Assembly: GCF_006345805.1 (NCBI RefSeq)
Contig: NC_042997.1
Location: 3,410,001-3,474,000 of the forward strand
Direction: 5' to 3'
From: Octopus sinensis
Lineage: Eukaryota
Length of the DNA stretch: 64,000 nt
The position numbers and the translations under genes were made by a program. Each line of letters starts with the position of its first letter. Within the stretch, counting starts at the first letter, position 1. Positions 52,150 through 64,000 of the stretch are shown here, in pieces. The notes under the pieces were generated by a model. It saw only the letters and a program-made list of their open reading frames with translations, did not search any database and had not been told where the DNA came from.

Positions 52150-53760
52150 CTTCCCATAAGGCATCACCTGTAACCAGATGCGTGGGAAAAATGTTGTATC
52201 CTAGGGTAATAGTTTATCTGTAATGTACTTGCAGTGAACATTTGCCAGCGCTATTAACAAAATGGAAAGACTTCATGCTGCGATATGCAGAAAAGAATAA
52301 AATTAAGGTAATCATGTCAACCACTAGTCTGTTGTTGGTGACCTAAAGTTATATTATGGTAATGCAATCTACACCAAAAGACAATTAGAATAAGTCACAA
52401 CATTCTCAGAAGGCAAAGGAATGGAGTCAGAGCAACATAAATGCTGATACAAGATAGTCAACTGAGGAAAAATTATTGACCAAGCAGAGAACATATATAC
52501 GAATACTTTTCTCTCATGAAGAAAACTACGTTATCTATGAATCGCTCAGAAAGTAATATATATGCAGGTGCTGTGACTAAAGCCAGAATAACAAAATAGT
52601 ACTTTAGTAGACTCCGGAAAATATGGAACCCCAAACTGTCTCCATTTAGCAAGAATATATCTCACTATATATTTGTAGTGCTACTGCTAGTACCAACATT
52701 TGGGATATTGAACTGGACATTCAACAAGATCTGCAGCCTGGACATCGAAACTAGAAAAGTGCTAACCGACATAAGCAACTTCCGCATTAACAACGCCATC
52801 GATAGGGTATATGCGAGACGAAATGATATCGGTAATGGCATAAAATCAATCTCAACAGGCTTCGAATATTGCATTTTTTCACTCAGTCATTACCTGATGA
52901 GCAGTAAATAAAGAAATAAGTGCATTCCATGGGTACTCAAAAGTGAGAGCAGCAGCATTTTCAAATTTGGAGAAGAATTACAGTGCATGTACTCTGAGAA
53001 TATAACTGTTTCATTTAAGGGAAAATGGAACGCATGGGTACATATTCCGCAGTATATCATGGCCTGATAGCTGCATTACATCCTGTCTAAAAGGAAATTG
53101 CCTTCGCTATCCTGGAACTGTAGGTGGTTACGAAATGCCGGGTGAATAAAAGACACACACATATCACCAAACCACCACGACGAGATAGAAAATGTCTGCT
53201 TGTGATAACAGTGTAGAATATATCATCCACATCATCAGCAGCTTCCCCAGGATATCTAAAAGATACATCTGTTGAGGGTATGATATAGTTGCAAATACTA
53301 TTTACAATACTATACACAGGAACAGTTACCCGTCCATATACATCACAGGTTGGCACGTAAGAACGATTGTGTATTCAAGCATTTATAAACAGAGAATACT
53401 GGTGGAACACATCAATGAAATGAATGTCTCGGTGCAAACATATCAATGGAACAAAAGTTGTATAAACTTGTGGAAGTCAGCTTCCGAACGGTTGTGAATG
53501 TACAAACAAATGACCAGGAAAAAGAAAATATGTATTGTGAATTAATGTGGAAATTACAGATCCTGTACCCTGGTTATAATGTCTCATTTGTACCTATTAT
53601 CGTAGCTTCATTAGGGTATATGCTTACACATTTACACAAAACCTAGAAATACTAGGTGTTTTGAAGAAAGAGAAAAGAAATTGACATGAAGTTTCCAAAC
53701 CCAAACAATTAGTGACATAGTAAAATGTGTAGAACGGTCTCATGATTTTTCTATCTGCGA
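52150..53760 (+). mobile_element. R4/Dong-like RLE element, degraded RT to C-terminus
   Basis: gttggtgacctaaagttatat (FxDDLKLY), FGILNWT...LDIETRKVLT..NF...DRVYARRNDIGNGIKSI, NVSFVPIIVASLG. May extend upstream to ~51500. Confidence 0.75.
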
Positions 53761-53959
53761 TTTTTCAGGTGAATACCTCTACACTTTTAGGTGCGTACAT
53801 CGACAGCTTAACCCCTACAGCCACACAACCTACATATTCAATAACGCCGAACACTCTCTTAACTCAAAATGCCATGTCGCGTTTTTAGTGGCCCGCTTGA
53901 TGTAATTTTAAGGAGAACTTACAACCGAAGCGAAAAACCATGCATGCATAGTACGTACA

Positions 53960-54110
53960 TACATAGATATATACATACATACATACATACATACATACAT
54001 ACATACATACATACATACATACATACATACATACATACATAGATACATACGTTAATACCTACCTACATACATAGATACATGCATGCATACATACATTAAT
54101 ACATACATAC
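53960..54110. repeat. (TACA)n microsatellite
   Basis: Visible array. Confidence 0.95.
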
Positions 54111-54114
54111 GTAC

Positions 54115-54620
54115 TGTTTATTTTTTCCGCTATGTTCTTATCCATTTGTTTTGCTTCAATAATATGGCCATTCTTTATAGGGAAAACCCCACAAGATCTC
54201 ATTCCCACTTTTTATTATTTCTGGTACTTCTTCACACCACTTTTCTCTTGATTTGAAGTCAATTTCTTGGCTAACGTACCAATACGCTCTGTAGCCTTCA
54301 CTGTCATGTCTGCGTTTATAATCTTTTTTGCCTAATGTACTGCACACTCTCAAAAGGGGATTGATACTTTCCTCTCCTGTTTTTCAGATTCTACATTTGC
54401 AATCAAGTTGTGCTTTGCTGCATTAATTGGTAATGTAGTTCCATTTCTCGCCATCTGTTGACTCTGTTGTTCATTCTTTTTTCTTTCGATTATATTGCTA
54501 CTTTGTTCATTTACTGGATATCTCTGGCTGCCGTTAGTATATTGGTTTTAGTCTGCGCAACATAATTATCTGGGCCAATGTCACAATATTAAAGCGTGTC
54601 TTCTGCCTTTAGAAATCCTC
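54115..54620 (-). mobile_element. R4/Dong-like element, CCHC region fragment
   Basis: CKCRI*KTGEESINPLLRVCSTLGKKDYKRRHD...YW...EKW.EEVPE.....EILW. Confidence 0.75.
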
Positions 54621-57070
54621 TGCCAACTTACTTTCTCGGAAGGAAGAGTCGGTCTAAAGTTCGTTGTGCATTGTGAGCAGTTTTCTAGTGCTTGTATCGA
54701 AGCTCTGTAGCTTCAGCATTGTGAATTACAGAAAGGGAACAGAATATCTCAAAACTGGTATAGCCCATATATTTATAGTTACCATGATATTTCGAGTATC
54801 TTTCCAATTTTCCTCTTGTACTCTTTAGTGACCTCCTCTCTCATTTCTCCTTCCACTATCCTATCGTCTTCTAGCAGTCCTAGATATTTATACTATTGAT
54901 TATTCAATAGCGATTTAATGCCCTCTGTGGCAACTTTAAGTCACGATCCATAGTTTCGATGAGTACAGACCGCATGTGTGTCAGAAAAGCACGCCTAACT
55001 TCATGACAAATTTTACATTTCTTGTGATGCCTCTTGGTGCTAAGCAATATCCCATGTGGCTATATACTCGATAAGAGTTACCCTTGTCAAGTAAGCAACC
55101 TTTTATTTATCGCTCGAGTTTGTTGTATGTTATAGGAAAACTTCGAGCAACCCATCAAAGAGGAACGCAAGATCTATACGTGTGTGTATGTGTGCGTTTC
55201 TGTGTCTGTGTTTTATAGTAACTCATAAACCACATAAACATGATTTTTTAACGTTGTCGAGTCAAATTTGCTTTTTATTACTGAATGTTATAAATAAAAT
55301 ATTTTATTACCAGTCGAAAACTTATTGCCACAAACGTAAAGCGAAAAATTTTAAACAGTTTTTGACTAAACCAAACTTTGTGTTAAACAAAAGCAATAAT
55401 AAATTTGCAAACAGTAAATGCCATGAGTAACATTGCAGTATATGTCATTGTATACATGGTGGATATTATTATCAACTTAATGGCCAGATGACAAATATTT
55501 ACAAATGCAAATATGAGCTGTAAGAACATAAATCTAATATGCTGCATAGAATGTCTGTATTGTGATAGAGTATATATGTCCAGGTTAGAATTTCATTACA
55601 TTAACACAAGCAGATCGAGATACATCGTTCTTCAAGGGGATTACTTTCTGGAGGCATTTAAAAACAGGCTGAATCCAAAATGTGTCAATATTTCCATTCT
55701 ATAAACGTTTTGAGCTAAATGAAAAAAAAAAGAGAAAAAAAAGAGCAGAATGAGAAATTCTAACCAGTTCACGCTTAACAGTAATATTAATTGAAATTTA
55801 GTTTCATTCGAAAAGAGCCTTCATTAGGTAAATGCTGAAATGTAAATAATTATCTCTCATTGACTAAGAAACAGACACACAAGTCAAACACACACACAAG
55901 CGCAAACACACGTGCGCACGTGTAACACACACATATACAAACACATATGTTAGCATGTGTGTGTATGTATATAATTGAAAATTCCAGAAAAACAAAAGAC
56001 AAATTCAGGTGTACAAACAACAAGTAAGTGTATTAGTTTGACGCTCGGGAAAGTGAAGAAGTATTTTATGTTTCCAGCCTACGCTCTGCAACAGAAAGGA
56101 AGACGAGAAAAAAAGAGACAGAACAGAAAACCTTTGGAGTTAGGGGTCAATTTTGAGCTTTAAGAATTAGGTAAACAAGGATTTACATATCCGGTTTTTA
56201 TTATTCAGTTAATCACATCTAACCAGGTCAAACTTACATATATTAAAGATGCCGCTTCATCAGGATAAAATTTAACTGCATTTCAGATACCATGTGAGAG
56301 GACTTCTAGTCCAACCAAAATTGTTCACACACCCTATGTTAGTGTTACTAAAAACAACCTACATTTTGGATTTTCGTGAGGTAATCGAAAATTTCACCAA
56401 CAAAATACGCGTTTCAAGCAGTTGTAATACAATTTTAACCCATTTATGTTCTTATTTTATGCAAATACAATACCTGTTACCTTCCCTACGTTGGATCTGT
56501 AAATTGCACTCGATAATGATTCAGCATGTTGAAGTGCATGAAATATATATATGCATGCATATGTATATTAATATGTACGTTTTCGTTGATGTATACAAAT
56601 ACATGTACATATATTGTTGTATTTCGGAAGGGTCATTATTTCCCATATAAAACATAGGCACTATGTTCTTCATTCGTTAATTACTATTCTTATGCTAATT
56701 CATATCCATTATCCGGAAGGTTTGTGTCGCACATCTGTGACCTCTTCAATGACAGTTTCCGTCTCTGTGTGTGATCTTGCTCCGCTTATTTCATTATGTT
56801 CTTCTACGATGTGCATCATTATGTCATCATGCATTTGCGTCCCTGATTCTGTGTCTGTGTATATGTCTGTATGTTTGAGTGTGGGTGTTTGTGTATGAGT
56901 CATTGTTCTCAATATCACCATAACCTTCCCCTCAGAGACCTAAGTTTGTGAACGTCATACATCTTCCGTTTTACACAATCACCAGCTAGTAGCGAAAGAT
57001 ATATCTTCACTCCCAAATACTATATAATACCTTGCATATATTCCCGCTATTACATCATATATATTTTTTT

Positions 57071-57118
<48 letters not shown>

Positions 57119-57230
57119 CAATTGAATGATGGAAGATGAAATATACGAGAATTTATTACGAATAACGACAGTTGTTTCGACACTTGTAGCATAGATTCCT
57201 CATGGTTGGGACACTCCACAAATCCTTCAA

Positions 57231-57387
57231 GAGCATCCAGTGGTGCAGATGTATCTTCCAGGGAATAAATAAATACAACTCATTAAAATAACAGTTCCGC
57301 AACGTAACTCCCAGTTTTCTTGAAAGAAAAGCATCCAGTCGTATTTATTTATCTCCCGAAGAGTTATATCTGCACCACCGGACGCTC
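57231..57387. repeat. Degenerate ~46-bp inverted repeat (MITE-like)
   Basis: gagcatccagtggtgcagatgtatcttccagggaataaataaatac vs gtatttatttatctcccgaagagttatatctgcaccaccggacgctc; 64-bp spacer. Confidence 0.75.
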
Positions 57388-58899
57388 CTTAAACATACGT
57401 AAAAAAAATAAGAAATATAAAAAAAAACATGATAATGATGGGCTGAACATATTATGTTTCGATCAAATGAACTTACTGAAATCTTAAGAGTTGCTAAAAT
57501 GAAAGAAATGAATGGTGCCTTCTGTACATATTCCTGTAGTTAAAACAATACATTTTAGAGAGTCATTGCCCTTGGATTTCGTGGTGCTATTTTACCTGAG
57601 TGATTCTTCTATTTGGCTGAGTGTATGACAAATATGTGCCATGGTGTGTATTCTATAGTATTCATAGTACCTTTTTATCATATAATTTTCCACGTAAAAT
57701 GCCTCTGAACAATGCAGAGAAACCTAAATTCCATTTGTTTTTATTTTGATCGTAATTTCTTCGTAACCAAAGGTGAAGAGATCAAATTGGTTTCTGTAAA
57801 CATAAGACCGATCACCGGAGACGTGACTGAATTTCTTTTGTTTGGATACACCTACGCCTCCAACTAATTCAAATAAGCTTATTATCTGAGAGTGGGAGAT
57901 AATGCAAGAGACAAAGAAAAAGAACACAAAATAATATCATTCTCCTGAAATATGCTGATAAACATGTAAGTTATAATAATGAACGAAAACAAAATATATC
58001 AAAAGGCGACGATACTGAGTACCAAAGCCCAACCGAATTGAATCCACATATGACTGTACATAATACTGTATATGGCAAGCCAGGATCATTTCCAATACAG
58101 AGTGATATAATTACTATTACTACTGTTACTATTAGATGAGAACCGAGAAAGCATGTCTTTCATACTTCTGGGAGATAAAGAACTCCTGAGGCATAAGCGC
58201 AACATAAACTGCCTTAATTGAGATATGTCACCAATTTCCCTAGAAATGTTGTGTTAGTGTCAATGCAAGCGTACTATAACGAGCTTAATATACCAAGATT
58301 AAAATTTAAACGATAACTGTATGTACAAACCTGGAGCATCAGGTGAATATCTTTTCCCAGATTTTGCTCCGCATGTGACAGTATAAACGAGGTATTCTTT
58401 TTACTAGTGTTGTTCCAGCAAATAAGCTAAATCGACGCGATAGCCATGGAATGTTATTTCGAAAGTGGGCCAAGGTTTTGTGTATTCACAATAGATTGTG
58501 AAGGCATTTATATTTGAATATATATGCTCTGTTTTGCTAAAGCTTGCTGAGTAGATAAGTGTCAAAAATAAATGCATCATTGAACAAAGTATGATTAAAT
58601 ATGTATTTACAAGCACAGACAGATCAGACTTATGGTTGCTGGAAACGTTTCTCAGTATCAGGAGAATGAAAGTTAGGTAACCAGTAGAACACGACTACTG
58701 CATTTGAATAATTACAAGCTATATCTAATGAAATTAGACGTGAATATCTGCAATTACCCTGAAAAAGTGGTACTTAAAAACGTGAAGCAATAGGAAAAGG
58801 AATGGCTGATAACGGCCTGGTTTTTACTGATCGTATTCAAAATATTGAACTTCGATTTAAAAAATCTTTCTGACGGGCCGCTAATATTATCAACGGATT

Positions 58900-59900
58900 T
58901 TAGTATATAACTATATTTGCATCATCATTCAAGGAATATCTTTTTCATTGCTTCTCTCTTACTCACTAAAACACTATATTTGCTTATGGCAACACTCTAT
59001 TTCAAAACCCTCACAAAGTATTCTGCGGAATGTTAGGAATTCATTTGTGTTTCTAATTATTTGATTTGTTTTTATAGAGAGCTTGTGCTTATTGGTAAAT
59101 AGCAAATTCCCTTTTCCAACTTTAAAACATGTGTTGTTGTTTTTTTAAAATTTTGAACAGGAGATATGGGTATCAGCGATAATATGAATAGAATACACGA
59201 TATGCTATTCAATTGAAGGACACCACATTTTAATTCAACTCTCCCTAAAGATATTCCGAAAGATGTTATCTCAGCTGCCCAGAAGTTCATTTGGTTTTCA
59301 ATCTCATTTTTTATCTTTGGATTGGCTTTGGAGGGATGTAGATAGTTCATAATCCATGAACGGAAGAGCATGTATGAGGCTGTCTTGTTGTTGATCCGCA
59401 CTCTACCCAGCACCACCTCTCTCTTTTTGTAGCTTTTGATAAACACACCTTATCTATCAGAAGATTAACTTTGATGCGTCTGGATTGCTTTCTGCAACTT
59501 TTTTGTTCTATAGGTTGGAGGCTCTTCTCTCTTCAGAGAGTATTAATATAAATATTTTCTGGAGTTTCGAAAATAAGTAATTGGAAGCTAGTTTGCAGCA
59601 GCTGTTTTTTTCTTTTCGTCGTTCCTGATAAGCACCGTTCTCTCTTTAGTTAGCCACCTGGAAGGAAGTCCCTGTTGTAAGCATTTGTCCAAAATTTCTT
59701 CTAGCATATCTAGATCAATCTTTATAGTATTATCCCGGAATCTTTGAACACTATCTGAAATGGGTGCCTTCCTAGCAGGTAAATTCTTAAACGGGTTCAA
59801 GTGGAGTGATAATACTTATCCGGTTTTGATCCTAGACACTTAGATTACTTTACACTACCAACAAAATAGATTCACTCTGGACTCATGAAATTCATTTCGA
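58900..59900 (-). mobile_element. R4/Dong-like RT fragment
   Basis: PSRWLTKERTVLI...TAAANxxPIT, KTASYMLFRSWI, VELKCGVLQLNSISCILFILSLIPIS (decayed RGIFQGDSLSPLLF). Confidence 0.8.
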
Positions 59901-60980
59901 AATCCAACATTCTTAAACACATATTCCAATGCTTCAAGCCGTCTCTAAAATTGCCTCTTATAATAGGGATAAATTCACTGCAACTTCAGAGTATCTGAAA
60001 TTCGTGCTTCAGGTCATATTATGTTTCTAGTTTCCAGGCTGCTTTGCCTACCACCCAGCATCAAAAGATGAAACATTTCCGCTTAAACTTTAATTAAGTA
60101 TTTATGGAAACTACTGCTATAATGAAGTTTTCATTATCCATATAATGGAAGCCAAAAATGAAAAATAAGCATTCGAAATAAACATAATAATTAAAAGATC
60201 TAAAATATCTGAAAACTGGCTAAAAACCACTAAAATATATTTTAGTTTCAAATTAAACACTGAAAATACAGCATCAATAACTAAACATTATTTTTTCCCA
60301 AATCGCGTAACCTTCATTAACCTTAGGAAAGATATGTCTAATAAATTTAAATGAACACATACTTCAACGGAAATAGGTCACTTCACATTGCATTAAAACA
60401 ATAACAAGGGAAAGAGTATTCTCACTATAGTGTTTATTCTAAAAAAAACACAAAAAAATGAGAACGAATTAAGTAAACATATTAAAAAATACAAACCCTA
60501 TCCAGCTGAACTCTACCAGAACTAAACAAATAAATAATGACCTGTGACATCAAAAACCGTATATACATATTTGTACATAAACGTAATACACTTGTCACTC
60601 GCATACAAGAAAGTCATTTGAACCTCTATTTTTTAGCTATATTAATATGATAATCATACTATAACATTACACTAGATTTCCAGATCTTTGGCGTATCACG
60701 TAAGCAATGTCCGAAATGTCAGGTGATATAATAAACGTATATAATTTGAAATTATTATCGAATCTGATATATGACATATTCAGTGTAACAACACCCCCTT
60801 CACTATTTGCCCATATTTCTTTTCTACAGTCACGCGACCATAAAATCAAATTCACTGACAAGTAACCATATTTTCTCTTTGATGACTTAGGGAGAATCTT
60901 CACATACCCGAAATTTATTTCCATTACAACTTAATAGTGATAATTTGAAATGCACAGACAAACACACACACATAGAAGCA

Positions 60981-61097
<117 letters not shown>

Positions 61098-61369
61098 TAC
61101 ATATATATATATATGTGTGTGTGTTTGTGAGTGTGTTGAGAAAAAAGTAGACAGCATTTTGGAAAAAATCCTTTTATCTCTTCGTTATTATTAGCGCTTT
61201 CGTTCCTTTCTAGAACTTGTGAAATACAATTTTGTGAACCTACAACTTGTTCATTATATAAAACAAATATTTTGTGGGGTTTTGTTTCGAAGAGAAGATT
61301 GTTTTTTTTTTTTGTGGGGGGGGGGCAGGCAACGGAGATGGATAGATAGAAATATAGGTTGGTAGATAG

Positions 61370-61404
61370 GCTGACAGATAGATAGATAAAGAGATATATT
61401 GATG

Positions 61405-61464
<60 letters not shown>

Positions 61465-61465
61465 T

Positions 61466-61497
<32 letters not shown>

Positions 61498-61545
61498 GGA
61501 GACAGATGCAAAGATAGATAGATAGTCAGATAGATAGACAGATGG
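61370..61545. repeat. (GATA)n microsatellite
   Basis: Visible array. Confidence 0.95.
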
Positions 61546-62098
61546 TAGAGGGTAAGTGAGAGAGGAGGAGTATTCTCCTTCCTATTCATCATTTATTTCA
61601 TTACATTTTCCTTTTACCATTGTATTGGAATGAGTTTATGAATAGGGACCTCTTCAAAAAGATAAATGAACAAATGTAAAAAACATGTGTGGTTTAGTCA
61701 TCACTGAATGATTATTGTTTATATATACACTAGAAGTGTATATTTAAGCAGCCCTGAAATCTTAGAATTAGTAGTTGATAAAAAGATAAATAAATTAGAA
61801 ATTGACAACAATCCTTTACAAGCGGTGACCCCAGTAAGCTTCACGCCTTTCTTTGAAACGTAGTATATTCTTAGCTACAACAGCGACAACATGAATTCTT
61901 TCTCCATCCTTTTGTTCTGTTAAAATATTTGAGAAAAAAAGTTTATTAATGTGTCTAGCAGATTAAAATTCTATTTATTTTTGCAGATGATGATAGCCCT
62001 GCATTTAAGGTGATGAAATAATTGCATTGTTCAATGAAATGGACCCGCTTGAAACGGTCGTACTGCAGCACTTCTTAATATCATGTTGCTTATTTTCA

Positions 62099-62214
<116 letters not shown>

Positions 62215-63209
62215 TATGCATACATATATATATATACATATATATATATAAGTATATATATATATTTATACATATATATACATACATATATATATATACA
62301 TGTATATATATATGCATATATATATGTATATATATAGTATTTATATATACACATACAAATATACATATATGTATATATATATATATATATATAGATATAT
62401 AGATATATAGAAAGAGACAGAGACAGAGAGACACACACACAAATATTCACGCACACAAACATACACACAGACAGTTCAATATATTGATAGAGAGAGGTAT
62501 ATAATGAAATAATACCTTAGATGTTGTGCATGTTCAGCGTGAGATTTTATCTACGTTAATTCATAAGGTGTTAAACCGGGTAATGTAAAATATCGATTAT
62601 CAAACTATAGGTTTCTTCTCCTTTATTTATCCGTTATACATGCTTTTGGGTGGGCGTGTGTGCCTCTAAACAATATGCAATAGATTGTGTGAATGTATGT
62701 ATATGTGTGTAAGTGTACGTATATACAGACAAAGGAGTTAGTCAGCTGTGTTAAGGCAGTGACATAACGTAGGACCGTCTATGAGAATACACATGTTGTT
62801 AGAAACGAAGGAAAAATATTGCCATTGAATCATAAATAATAAGATTCCCTTCATGAATAGCGCACAGTCAATAATGAAGAGTGGAGAAACAAGGTCACTG
62901 ATAAAAGCCTAGTTACTCTTCGATATAGCCATTATCTATTTATTAACATGCATGCATATATTACTTTCCCACTACTCAGCCAGAACTATCTGAATTATAC
63001 GCCCTTGTTCTTTCATGTGATTCACACAAAACAAGGTGCAGACAAAAATATGCGCAGACACATGTGCATGTGTGTGCGCATTTATATATCTATACATGTA
63101 TTTGTTATAGTATCACTATACACGCATAAACACACACAAATATTGTATCTGTACACACGCACACGCACACATATGTATCCCTATATATCTATGTCTATAT
63201 CTATACCTA

Positions 63210-63219
63210 TCTATCAATC

Positions 63220-63296
<77 letters not shown>

Positions 63297-63301
63297 ATAT
63301 A

Positions 63302-63340
<39 letters not shown>

Positions 63341-63355
63341 ATATATATATATATA
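63210..63355. repeat. (CTAT)n/(TA)n microsatellite
   Basis: Visible array. Confidence 0.95.
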
Positions 63356-64000
63356 TGCAAGCGAAGTGTGTAAGTGTATGTGTGTGTGTCATATGAGTGG
63401 ATAATCCATATGAACTTGCGGTGCATAAGTGAATTCGTTATTATATATCTGAATGGTGATAATCTTGCACTGTGACCGTTGGAACTGACATATCACGTGT
63501 TTTCACTCTCGTATTTCCCTATGACAAACATTTCACTAGACGTACCACCCGATATATGTAATCTCGGTTTCTGTTAAAGCATTGGTGTCGCAAATAGCCA
63601 CTGGTCTTACTAAAATCTAATTAATAGTGGCAAATGTATTATCAAAATAAAAATTAATATTTGTGGCCCACCAAAAGTTGATGCGCTGTTACAGCACAGG
63701 GTATTGTGTTTTTTACACCGTGAGAGTAACTCCAAAACGATTTCAGGTTAAAAGCAGCAAAAAAAAAAATATCTAGGCTTTATATGCGGATTTCAGATGA
63801 CGGTGAGAAAAAATTAATTACTTGATATCGCCTTAGATGGGCTTCTCAAGGGCAGATGAGAAGCTGAACACGGCAGTACATTCTCCTGTCAGCGATATAT
63901 AGAAACTGTATATATCGTCACTTAATGATTTCAACACAAAACAATTTTATATGAGAAATCCTCTCTTGGTAATTAACATTAGAATATTTCTTCTTACACA

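Overview
This is AT-rich eukaryotic DNA, most likely from an octopus (coleoid cephalopod). That call is an inference from recognising tRNA-headed and Nin-domain SINE families plus dense (TA)n, (CA)n, (TAA)n and (GATA)n microsatellites. The window is dominated by transposable-element relics, and no host protein-coding gene can be identified with confidence. Recognisable elements: three Tc1/mariner transposase relics; at least four Penelope-like elements (PLEs, GIY-YIG) plus solo pseudo-LTRs; R4/Dong-like RLE non-LTR elements, one nested in (TAA)n inside a PLE; CR1/L2-like, RTE and Tx1/L1-like LINE fragments; Helitron-type non-autonomous pieces; and many SINEs. Most long ORFs in the supplied track are microsatellite translations or TE fragments. 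The most interesting observations are: (1) five minimal hammerhead-ribozyme-like motifs in PLE pseudo-LTRs that share non-canonical core variants (CUGUYGA-A in three copies, CCGAYGA-A in two); (2) three near-perfect long inverted repeats next to (TA)n arrays, plus one degenerate one; (3) a chimeric SINE and a tandem SINE trimer; (4) a near-identical ~1.78-kb tandem duplication that may be an assembly artefact; (5) competing phase-compatible candidate exons on both strands at 4.1-5.6 kb. Family assignments come from motif recognition only, with no database search. Boundaries of degraded elements are approximate.
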